Positions 28,063 through 37,884 of a DNA stretch of 64,000 nt are shown piece after piece. Made by a program: the position numbers and the translations under genes. Under the pieces are notes generated by a model, which did not search any database, had not been told where the DNA came from, and saw nothing but the letters and a program-made list of their open reading frames with translations. The stretch spans positions 704,001-768,000 of the forward strand of contig CAVTBU010000006.1 in assembly GCA_963733035.1 (NCBI GenBank), given 5' to 3'. Each line of letters begins with the position of its first letter. The stretch's first letter is position 1. This DNA is from Pirellulales bacterium. GTDB taxonomy: Bacteria > Planctomycetota > Planctomycetia > Pirellulales > PALSA-1355.

Positions 28063-29846
28063 TTACGGCATCAACCGCAGACTCACCCCCCGGACATCCA
28101 TTGCCTTGCGGCCGGGTATGTCGACGGCTTTGAGCACCAGCGGGCCTTTGCCGGCCGGTAGTTCGAACGTCCCCAGCGACAGCGGCTGGAAGTCTTTGAC
28201 CAGCGACTCGCCGTGTCGCGGCACCCGATCCTGTTCGGCGCCGACGAGCGGTGGGTCGAACGCTTCAGTAACTTTGCCGCGCACCCGCTGTCCGCTAAAC
28301 GACAACTCCATCGTCGAGCCGACATCCTCGGGCGGGCAGGTGTAGTGCACGAATGCTTCGTACGTGCCGGCTGTGTGCACTTCGATGTCCCAAGTGATCG
28401 AATCGTCCGTGCTAGTCCAGTTTTCGAAAAACGAACAATTCGGCGCGCGGGCGCTGCGGGTGATCGTGCCGTGCGACACGCCGTCGCGGGCCGGGAGCGG
28501 TGCGGTCGGAAACTCGGCATAGCCAACGGTGAAGGGACGCGTATCGCTGTCGCCGCGTTGGAGCTGGCCGAGTACCTCCTGTCGCCAATCGGCCACTGCC
28601 CGACGCAGCTTGGTGGCGACGTCTGGATGGGCGTCGGCGACGTCATGTGCTTGTCCGGGGTCTTTCGTGAGGTCGAAGAGTTTGCCGGCGTCGTCCAGGC
28701 GATATTGCTGCGTGCGCGCGCTAACTTTGCCGGCCCAATGCGAGAAGACCGTGCGGTCGGTCGGCTTGCTGTTTATTTCCAACAGCAGCGGGGCAAGGCT
28801 TTGCCCGTCGAGCGGTTTTTCGTTCGTGAGGTGTATGCTGGCCAGCTCGGCCAGTGTGGGTGACAGATCAATGGCCGCGCTGATCTGCGAGACCTTCTTG
28901 CCGGGCGGAATGTGACCGGGCCAGCGCACCAGCAGTGGCGAGCGAACGCCCCCTTCGTCGGTCCAGCCCTTGCGTCCCTTCATGCCGCCGTTCCAGCGCC
29001 AACTGTTCGGTCCGTTGTCGGAAAAGTAAACCACGATCGTATCGTCGGCCAGCTTCAGCTCGTCGAGCTTGGCTAGCACGCGCCCCACGTTCCAATCGAT
29101 ATTTTCGCACATGGCGAGCGCCGTGCGCGTCATTTCCGGGTCTTCATCCTGCCCTGGCTCGGCCCGTTGCGGAAGCTTGGCTCCCCGAAACTTTTCGTAG
29201 AACCGATCGGGCACTTGCATTGGCGAGTGAGGCGTGTTGAAGGGCAAATAACAGAAGAAGGGCAGCTGGCGGTTCGCCTCGATGAACGCCAACGCGTGAT
29301 CCGTCAGATCGTCCGTAATGTAGCCGTTGCCGCGGACGGTTTGGCCATTGTGTTCCAGTACTGGGTCGAAATAGTGGCCCCAATGGCCCGAGCAGAAGCC
29401 GTAGTACTCGTCGAAACCGCGTGCGTTGGGATGGTAAGGCCACTGCGTGCCGTTGTGCCACTTGCCAAACGCACCAGTGGCATAGCCGGCGGCCTTGAAT
29501 GCTTCGCCGATCGTTCGCTCGTCGAGGTCCAGCCGTTCGCCGCCGGTCGAAGTACTCCACACGCCCCCGCGCGGATGGTAGCGCCCGTGAGGAATTCGGC
29601 GCGGGTAGGCGAGCAAACCGGGCAGACAAAGAACCTGTCGAATATCGCGCCGTCGCGCGCCAACGAGTCGATGTGTGGCGTAGACAGGTTTCCGTTACCG
29701 TGGATGCTCAAATCGCCCCAGCCTTGGTCGTCCGCCAGAATGACGACAATATTGGGTTGCTCGGCCGCCCAGGCCGCGGCGCTCGACGCGACGAGACTAC
29801 CCAAAGACGCGAGACACGATAGCAATAGTGCGGAAATTCGAAACAT
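28063..29846 (-). CDS. Arylsulfatase (Cys-type); frameshift near 29585
   Basis: [12 protein letters not shown] and CSPTR in ORF 29304-29846; GKWHNG, PHSP, SDNG and EGGVR in ORF 28063-29616. Adding one base restores ...FLTGRYHPR. Confidence 0.9.
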
Positions 29847-29870
29847 GGAAGCTTTGACCTTTGCAGGGCG

Positions 29871-30514
29871 TTATTGATTGTCAGCGCCCCAAACCTGTAC
29901 GTCGTCGAGCACGATCGATTCGCCGCGAGTGACAAAACGGTAGCTGGGCTTGTCCACGTTCAGGCGTTCATCTTGGGCTGTTACCGTAACATCGTCATCG
30001 GTTCGCACCGTTACTTTGTCGCCGTCCATCTCAACCAGCAGGGTGTACCACACGCCCTGCTCGAAGATGGCCGGAGTCTTGGCCAGTTGCTCGACGCGAG
30101 ATTTCGGGTCGCGCTTGTCCTTGTCTTTGGTAATCACGAGCGCGTTCTGGCGAACGAGCACGCGAAACAAGTGCCCCCGTGCATGATTCATGCTCAAGTT
30201 GAACGTCTTGGCTCCATCGAGTTGAAACGAAAACTTGATCGCCGAATTGCGATTAGGCTGCTTGAGTGTCAGCACGGCCGCGTGCTTATCCGTTGGCTTT
30301 TCGCGGCCGACAAGTTCACCACCAACGACGAGCCACGAACCCTTGTTGATCATCCACATCGAGTCGAGCGGTTCGCCGTCGAACCGCTCATCGAGGAGTA
30401 ACTTGCTAAATCGCTTGGCCGGGGCGCAAGATCGGCATTCTTCGCCGCTTCCGCCGTGGCCGCAAAAAAACAGATGCAGACACACGACAATCGTGCAAAG
30501 ATGGACGCTTTCAT
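29871..30514 (-). CDS. Secreted concanavalin/DUF1080-like hypothetical protein; probable frameshift near 30420
   Basis: The signal peptide MKASIFARLSCVCICFFAATAEA (ATG 30514) is one base out of frame with the beta-sandwich body (GSWLVVGGELVG, WYTLLVE, LDDVQVW). Confidence 0.6.
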
Positions 30515-30630
30515 CGGGTCCGACCCTTTTTCAAGGTGAGTGAGGACGGAAGTCACGCACCTTAGAATAGCAGTCCCCAGTGGGACAAACAATTCAGCGG
30601 CGGGATGCTCGACACTCTTGGGGCAAGCGA

Positions 30631-31826
30631 ATGTATTTTCCTGGCCGACGCGAGCGTCTGTTTGCCTTTTTGTACTTTTGCGAAGGCGCTCCAATTGGCT
30701 TTCTGTGGTGGGCGTTGCCGGCCTACTGGTCGGCGTCCGGTGTACCGGTCGAGCGCGTGACGGCGATCACGGCTGCGGCGGTTCTTCCGTGGAGCCTCAA
30801 ATGGCTGTGGGCGCCGTTGGTGGACCTAACCGCGCCGCGCTTGGGCTATCATCGCTGGATCGTGGCGATGCAGTTCTTGATGGGACTGTCGCTGTGGCCG
30901 CTGGTATGGTTGGACCCGAGCGAGCAGTTCGCGTGGCTGCTGGCCGTGCTGCTTGTACATGCAACGGCGGCAGCCACGCAAGATGTGGCCATCGATGGTC
31001 TATGCGTTGCGCTGGTTGCCGAGCACGAACGGGGCGAAGTCAACGGTTGGATGCAAGCCGGTATGCTCTTGGGCCGGGCGATGTTTGGCGGAGGCGCCGT
31101 GTTGCTCATCGGCGCAGCACCTTGCTGGCCGGCCTGATCGCACTGGTTGCCTTGCTGTGGACCGCGGCAATTGTGCTGGGCTTCCTTTTAAGCACGGCCG
31201 AACGCACGTCGAAGACCAACGTCGGGGATGTGCGAGCGCAACCCAGTATCGTGCTGATTTTGCGTGGCGGTTTGTTTTGGTTGGCCGTGTTGTTCGCTTT
31301 TGTGGGGGGCGCGGCGTTTGAATCCGTGGGTGCCTTGCTGGGGCCCTATCTACAGGATGCCGCTTTGTCGCTCGAGCAGATCGGCCTGTTTCAAATCGGA
31401 CCCTTGGCCGGAGCCATGGCCCTGGGCGCACTTTTCGGGGGAAAGGTTGCCGACCGTTTTGGTCATGTCCGGGTGGCGTGGTGTGGATTGCTAGCGCTCG
31501 TGCTGCTCAACTTGACGCTTGGCCTGACGGAGATGGCGGAAGATGCATCTAGTGCCATTCGCCTGCCTCTGATCATCGCGGTGTATGTGGTGATTGGTAT
31601 ATTCACGGCCTCGTCCTATGCTCTCTTCATGGACTTAGCACAGGGCCGATGGCAGGCGACCGTGTTCAGTGCATTGATGGGAGTTACCAATGCATGCGAA
31701 GCCGGCTCGGCATATGCATCAGGGTGGTTGGCAGCCGCATTTGGATATTCCGCCACATTTATTATGATGACAGTACCGTCGGTCGTGGGATTGGCAATCC
31801 TGCCGCTGCTGCGACGTCGATCTTGA
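30631..31826 (+). CDS. MFS transporter, AmpG/RhtX-like; frameshift near 31115-31135
   Basis: [23 protein letters not shown] and ATQDVAIDG in the N-half; GGKVADRFG and further TM segments in the other frame. Confidence 0.85.
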
Positions 31827-31929
31827 GAATTCCGCGTTTCCTCTCATCCCTTCGCCTGCGGTATGTCTACGGTCGCGTCCCGTTTCCACGGGCGGCGACA
31901 GCCACAGATCACCCGGAGGAATTGTGCTG

Positions 31930-33481
31930 ATGGATGTCGACCATGTGGAATTCGAGCGCGAAGTAATCCTGCGCCAGCTGCGGATGGAGGATTTCGACGA
32001 TCTGGTGGCCATGCAACTCAAGGCCTTTCCGGGAATGCATCCCTGGGGCCGCGAGCAGATCGCCAGCCAAATCCGCACGTTTCCCGAGGGGCAATTGTGC
32101 ATTGAGATCGACGGTCGCCTGGTCGCATCGTCGTGTAGCCTGATCGTCGATTTCACGCAGTACTCTGAGTGGCATAATTGGAAGGCCATTTCCGACGGCG
32201 GCTACATTCGCAATCACGATCCCAACGGCGACACCCTGTATGGGATTGAGATCATGGTCGATCCCGAGTTTCGCGGGCTGAAACTTGCGCGGCGGCTCTA
32301 CGACGCCCGCAAGGACCTCTGCCGGGAACGTAATCTGGCTCGCATCATCATCGCGGGACGTTTACCCGGATATCACAAGTATGCTGACAAAATGTCCATT
32401 CGCGAGTATGCCGAGGCGGTGATGAGCAAATCGCTCGTCGATCCGGTGCTCACCACGCAGGTGTCGAACGGTTTCGTGCTCAAGGGACTGATTGCGCACT
32501 ATTTCCCGGCCGATAGCGAGTCGCGCGGCTGGGCGGCGTTTCTCGAATGGACCAACCTCGATTACCAACTCGGGGCGAAACGCCGCTTTCATGCGGTCGA
32601 GACCGTGCGGATTGCCGTGGTCCAGTATCAGATGCGCACGATTACCGGTTTCTACGAGTTTGCCCGGCAGTGCGAGTATTTCATCGACGTCGCGAGCGAC
32701 TACAAGTGTGACTTCGTGTTGTTTCCGGAAATGATTACCACGCAGTTGATGTGTTGCATCGAGGAGATGCGGCCCGGAATGGCGGCGCGACAGCTTTCGC
32801 AGTTCACCGAGCCCTATCTGGAACTGTTTGGCAACCTGTCCGTCAAATACAACGTGAACGTGATCCCGGGCACGCATTTCGTGATCGAGAACGACAAACT
32901 CTACAACGTGGCCTATTTGTTTGGCCGCAATGGCACGATCGGCAAGCAATACAAACTGCACATCACGCCCAGCGAACGTCGTTGGTGGGGCGTCGAGCCC
33001 GGCACGCGGCTGGAGATTCACGACACCGACTGTGGCAAGGTCGCGATCTGCATCTGCTACGACATCGAGTTTCCCGAGCTGGCTCGCATTGCGGCTGCCC
33101 AAGGGGCGCAGGTCATCTTCGTGCCCTTCAACACCGACACACGGCAAGGCTACCTCCGCGTGCGCTACTGCGCAAGCGCGGTGTATCGAGAATCACCAGT
33201 TCGTGGCGATCGCAGGATGCGTTGGAAATCTGCCGTTTGTTGACAACGTTGACATCCACTATGCCCAGAGCGGCATCTTCACGCCGGCCGATTTCTCATT
33301 CGCCCGCGACGGCATCGCCGCCGAATGCACGGCCAACATCGAAACTATTCTGATTCACGACGTCGATACCGAATTGGTCCGCCGCCATCGTCAAAACGGC
33401 ACTACGATGAACTGGATGGATCGCCGCAAGGACGTGTACCGAGTGATGTACCGGCAGGAAGACCACGAGGAGGAGGTGTGA
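31930..33481 (+). CDS. Bifunctional GNAT acetyltransferase / carbon-nitrogen hydrolase; frameshift near 33172
   Basis: GNAT motif [15 protein letters not shown]; nitrilase triad FPE / YKLH / ICYD. Restoring a GC dinucleotide gives [11 protein letters not shown]. Confidence 0.9.
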
Positions 33482-33532
33482 CCGGTAAACACGGTCGTCT
33501 AGGCTTGTGACTCGTTTCGCATTCAGTTTCCA

Positions 33533-33574
33533 TGTCCGAAAATGGCCAGCAAAGGCTTGGCCAACGGCTACAAT
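33533..33574 (+). promoter_or_regulatory. Putative leaderless promoter (-10 TACAAT) and candidate Ada-type operator
   Basis: TACAAT at 33569-33574 lies 6 nt before ATG 33581 with no SD; TGTCCGAAAATGGCCAG lies upstream at 33533-33549. Confidence 0.45.
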
Positions 33575-33580
33575 TCGGGC

Positions 33581-35026
33581 ATGACGATCGACGATGACAT
33601 CTGCTACCGAGCCTTGACGGCGCGCGATCCGCGCTTCGACGGCGTGTTTTTCGTGGGCGTCAAGACCACGCGCATCTACTGCCGGCCGGTCTGCACCGCG
33701 CGAACGCCAGGCCGCGATCGCTGTCGATTCTTTGCCAGCGCCGCGCTTGCTGAACGTGAAGGATTTCGTCCCTGTCTGCGTTGCCGGCCGGAACTTGCTC
33801 CCGGCCATGCGCCCATTGATAGCGTGCGCACGGTCGCTCACGTGGCCGCGACTCGTATCGAAGCGGGCGCCCTGCGCGACGGCGGCAACCTGTCGCAGCT
33901 GGCCGGGCAACTAGGTCTCGGCCAGCGGCAACTTCGCCGCGCCGTTCGGCGAGAACTTGGCGTGTCACCCATCGAATTGGCACAAACAACTCGTTTGCTG
34001 CTGGCCAAACGGCTGATTACCGAGACGCAGTTGCCCATGGTGCAGGTGGCGTTTGCCAGCGGTTTCGAGAGCGTGCGACGATTCAATGCGCTATTCCGTT
34101 CGCACTACCGCCTGACGCCCAGCGCAATGCGCCGCGCAAGCGGACCCGAGATCACCAATGATTCCGTGCGGCTGGTGATGGCTTACCGTCCACCACTGGC
34201 CTGGTCTGCGCTTTTACAGTTTCTCGCCGATCGGGCCGTTCCAGGCGTGGAGTGCGTGGCGCAACAGGATTATCGCCGCACTGTGGCGGTCGGCGAACAG
34301 CGGGGCTGGTTGAGCGTGTTGGCAGTCAAGGGGCGCAATCTGTTGGCAGTTGAACTGTCGACGTCACTGGTCCCGTCGCTGGCGATGATTCTGTCGAGGA
34401 CACGAGGTGTGTTTGACCTCGACGCTCGTCCCGACGTCATCGGCAAGCAGCTCCGTGGTGATCCGTTGCTCGCAGGCATGATTCGGCGGCGTCCTGGCCT
34501 GCGCGTGCCGGGAGCGTTTGATTCGTTTGAACTGGCAGTGCGGGCGGTTCTCGGTCAACAGGTATCGGTTCGCGGCGCGTCGACTTTGGCGGGGCGATTG
34601 GCAGAGCGGTTTGGTGAGCCGATCGAGACGCCATGGCCGTGCTTGAATCGCATCGCCCCGACCGCAGAGCAACTAGCGTCAACCGGTGTTTCCGCCCTCG
34701 CGAAAATTGGCATTCCTCATTCGCGTGCCGAGACGTTGCGGGCGTTGGCCCGGGCGGTTGTGCGGCGCGACGTCGATTTAGCTCCTGGCACCGACCCCGC
34801 GGCAGCCTCGGAGGCGCTGATGGCATTGCCAGGCATTGGTCCCTGGACTGCGCAGTATATCGCCATGCGCGCAATGCGCTCGCCCGATGCGTTTCCAGCC
34901 AGTGACCTGGGGCTGGTGAAGGCATCAGGGCTGAAGACAGCGCGCTTGCTCGAGCGCGAATCGGAACGCTGGCGACCCTGGCGAGCATATGCCGCGATGG
35001 CGTTGTGGGAAAGCCTCAAACCCTGA
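33581..35026 (+). CDS. alkA: Ada Zn-binding / AraC HTH / AlkA DNA-3-methyladenine glycosylase fusion
   Basis: DPRFDG, YCRPVC, FRPCLRCRP, AraC SGFESVRRFN, GQQVS, LPGIGPWTAQY and WRPWRAYA motifs. Confidence 0.93.
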   Translation: MTIDDDICYRALTARDPRFDGVFFVGVKTTRIYCRPVCTARTPGRDRCRFFASAALAEREGFRPCLRCRPELAPGHAPIDSVRTVAHVAATRIEAGALRDGGNLSQLAGQLGLGQRQLRRAVRRELGVSPIELAQTTRLLLAKRLITETQLPMVQVAFASGFESVRRFNALFRSHYRLTPSAMRRASGPEITNDSVRLVMAYRPPLAWSALLQFLADRAVPGVECVAQQDYRRTVAVGEQRGWLSVLAVKGRNLLAVELSTSLVPSLAMILSRTRGVFDLDARPDVIGKQLRGDPLLAGMIRRRPGLRVPGAFDSFELAVRAVLGQQVSVRGASTLAGRLAERFGEPIETPWPCLNRIAPTAEQLASTGVSALAKIGIPHSRAETLRALARAVVRRDVDLAPGTDPAAASEALMALPGIGPWTAQYIAMRAMRSPDAFPASDLGLVKASGLKTARLLERESERWRPWRAYAAMALWESLKP

Positions 35027-35043
35027 CCTGCGGAGGAATGGAT

Positions 35044-35637
35044 ATGGCCACGACCATTTACTATAGCTATCTGGTGAGTCCGCTCGGCCGACTCCTGGCG
35101 ACCGCCGAGGAGCCGTTTCTAACGGGCCTGTATTTGCCCGGACACAAAGGATGCCCTGCGCCCGATGCGGCTTGGCAGCGGAATGACGAGCCATTTGCCT
35201 CGGTTCGACGCCAGTTGGCCGAGTATTTCACCGGTGACCGCACCAGATTCAATGTTGCGCTCAAGCCGCTTGGCACGCGGTTTCAACAGCGGGTCTGGCA
35301 CGAACTGGTCCAGATACCGTTCGGCACCACCATCACTTACGCGCAGCTTGCCCAACGAATCGGAAGGCCTTCCGCCGCGCGTGCCGTCGGCCATGCTAAC
35401 AGCCGCAATCCGATTTCCATCATTATCCCCTGTCACCGAGTCATCGGCGCCGACGGCAGGCTGACCGGGTATGCCGGCGGGCTCGACAAGAAACGCTGGC
35501 TGCTCGATTGGGAACGCCGCGGGACCGCCGCCGAGCGGGGTTACTTATTCGAGGTTGTATCCGAGATCGACGCGGGTTCCGCCGAATCCGTTTTCAGTCG
35601 CTCGCCCAGCATGGTGGCCAAATCGGGCAGATCGTAG
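35044..35637 (+). CDS. ogt: Methylated-DNA--protein-cysteine methyltransferase
   Basis: SPLG, GTRFQQRVW, ARAVG, NPISIIIPCHRV and GYAGG motifs; GGAGG RBS. Confidence 0.93.
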   Translation: MATTIYYSYLVSPLGRLLATAEEPFLTGLYLPGHKGCPAPDAAWQRNDEPFASVRRQLAEYFTGDRTRFNVALKPLGTRFQQRVWHELVQIPFGTTITYAQLAQRIGRPSAARAVGHANSRNPISIIIPCHRVIGADGRLTGYAGGLDKKRWLLDWERRGTAAERGYLFEVVSEIDAGSAESVFSRSPSMVAKSGRS

Positions 35638-37565
35638 TGTTCGAGCACGCCCGGGACGGCCAGTTCCAGCAACTGCGGCGCTCGTGGCTGCGCCACGACA
35701 TCCTCCGTCCAACTGCCGATTGAATTGCGCAACGTTACCGACTTGAACCGCGGTTCGATTGCTGCCGCATGTAGAGCAACCGGACCGACACGGCCGACCC
35801 CCAGCAAGTGAATCTGATCGCGATCAACGGAGTCGTGCTTCGCAAGGAATTCGAGTGCCACCAACAGGTCCTCGACGCGCTGGCCCATGAGCGGTCGGCC
35901 CACCTGCATCGCCAGCATCGCGTTGCGAAATTCGTCGTTGTAATACTTGCCGCCGCCCTCAATATCGGCCGTCTCTCCGTAACCACGCAAATCCACGGCG
36001 AGCACGATGCGATTCTTTTCGAGTTGTGCTTCGATCGGTCCACCCGCCTGAAGAGCGGCGGATTTGCCGGCCGAATCGGCATAGATCACGGCAGGTGATT
36101 TGCCTTGGTGGCCGTCGGGAATGCACAGCAGCGCGGCCAGAGGCATTTCGCCAGGGCGTTCGAGACGCAGCTTCTCGATGGTGTAGCCGTGGCGCGTCGC
36201 GGTACCGTTCGACGTTGGCTCGGCGTCCCGGCGGATGTCGTCAGGCAGACTGATCACCTTGCGAATTGTTGCGGTGTGCTGCTGATCATCTTGTTCGTTC
36301 CAAGCGATGCCTCGCAACTCGGCAAGTGCGTGGGCCCGCTGGTTGCAGAAATCCACGACGGTCCGTTCATCGTCGAACTGCTTGATCACCTGTCCGCCGG
36401 CCGTGACTTGCAGGTCGGCGTCCCGCTGCAGGGTCAGTTTTGGTTCGACGACCGGTCGGTCGTCGCCCATCAGCCAGCGCCGCATCCAATGCACAGCGGC
36501 CTGGCGACGCGGCTGGCTAAAGCCGTGCTTGTCGTCGTAGGAAAACAGAGCGACGTGCTCGGGATGTCCCAGCACGCGATAGACGGCTTCGGCTTCTTGG
36601 GCGGCGGTTTGTGTACCGCTAAAGTCAAAAAAGTCCTGTTCGGCCGCGAGGACCAAGGTCGGCTTGGGTGCTCGCATCGTGATGAAATCCGTGTGGTCGA
36701 TCCCGCGCGGACCCTGGCCGGGAAAGTGCTGTTCGCAATCTTGCGGACCGATGGTGTGAAACAGCCGCTCGAGCGTAGTGATGAAGCAGGACGGCGCCGC
36801 CACGGCGATCCTGTCGTCGAAGGCCATCAGCCAAGTGGTCATCGTTCCGCCGCCGGAATTGCCGGTGCAGCCCAGCCGCGCGGAATCGACCTCCGGTCGA
36901 GATGCCAGGTAGTCCATACTGCGCAGTCCGTCCCAGATGCGGAATGTGGCCGTGTTCCAGCCGACCAACAGCGCGCCGACGCCCACCAACGTGTGCTCGG
37001 TGGTTCCGTGACGCACGGAATCGGAAAGCTGGTTGCGTTCACCCTGTCCGATTGGATCGTAAATCAACGCCGTGCAGCCATTGCGTGCCAGTAGGATGCA
37101 GACACTTTGATATGCCTCGTTCGCCTTGCCGTTCTCGCTATGCCCGCAGGGAACCAGCACTCCGGGAACAGGCCGCGAAGTGTCGGCCGGCAAGTACAGA
37201 TTCGCCGTCACGTGATGATTCGGCCGGCTTTCGTAAATCACGCGTTCGATACGATAGCCGTCGCAGTCGATCGTGCCAACCGTGCGAGCGTTGAGCGGCG
37301 TACGTTCGGGCAGCGGACCAACCATCTCGCGAAAAGCGGTCAGCAATCGCTTTCGGCGGGCGTTCAGCGCCGCCGGCGACTCAAGAGCCGCCTCGACTGC
37401 CCGATGTCGTGCCGCCGCTTGCCGATCGACTTGGTGCAACAGGTAGTCGTAGAGCAGGGGCTTGTCCCCCGTGTTCAGCACTAACAATTCCTCGTCGGCA
37501 TGGATGCGTGTGCCGCTCAAAACGAACATTGCGAGGGCGAAAAACACGTGTGGGCGAAAACGCAT
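35541..37565 (-). CDS. Secreted double alpha/beta hydrolase (acetyl xylan esterase-like)
   Basis: Signal peptide; VPCGHS, DPIGQGER, GNSGGG and HGF motifs; degenerate second domain (DLRGYGET). Confidence 0.85.
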   Translation of the reverse strand: MRFRPHVFFALAMFVLSGTRIHADEELLVLNTGDKPLLYDYLLHQVDRQAAARHRAVEAALESPAALNARRKRLLTAFREMVGPLPERTPLNARTVGTIDCDGYRIERVIYESRPNHHVTANLYLPADTSRPVPGVLVPCGHSENGKANEAYQSVCILLARNGCTALIYDPIGQGERNQLSDSVRHGTTEHTLVGVGALLVGWNTATFRIWDGLRSMDYLASRPEVDSARLGCTGNSGGGTMTTWLMAFDDRIAVAAPSCFITTLERLFHTIGPQDCEQHFPGQGPRGIDHTDFITMRAPKPTLVLAAEQDFFDFSGTQTAAQEAEAVYRVLGHPEHVALFSYDDKHGFSQPRRQAAVHWMRRWLMGDDRPVVEPKLTLQRDADLQVTAGGQVIKQFDDERTVVDFCNQRAHALAELRGIAWNEQDDQQHTATIRKVISLPDDIRRDAEPTSNGTATRHGYTIEKLRLERPGEMPLAALLCIPDGHQGKSPAVIYADSAGKSAALQAGGPIEAQLEKNRIVLAVDLRGYGETADIEGGGKYYNDEFRNAMLAMQVGRPLMGQRVEDLLVALEFLAKHDSVDRDQIHLLGVGRVGPVALHAAAIEPRFKSVTLRNSIGSWTEDVVAQPRAPQLLELAVPGVLEHYDLPDLATMLGERLKTDSAEPASISDTTSNK

Positions 37566-37884
37566 GCACGAACTCCTGGACGGGGGGCAAACTTGCTGGG
37601 ACCGGCGGGAAATCGCCCATACATCATCGCTTGGCGATGCATTCCAGTTTACCGCCACCACGGGCGACTGGCCACGCCGGACGTGGTGTCAGACCGCGAC
37701 TTGCGGTGTCGCCAGGGGCAGGTTACTTTGTGACTAGTCAGGGACTCTTCACCGTCGGCGTCTCCCCCAAGTACGTCGGCGCGCCGTTAAATCTAGTGAT
37801 GCGGTTCGCTGCCGCGCCGCGTCCTTCTTTGTGCAAGGGGTTTCATGTATGGCTGGTCTGCTTCTTGACGGGCGAGAACGAAAG

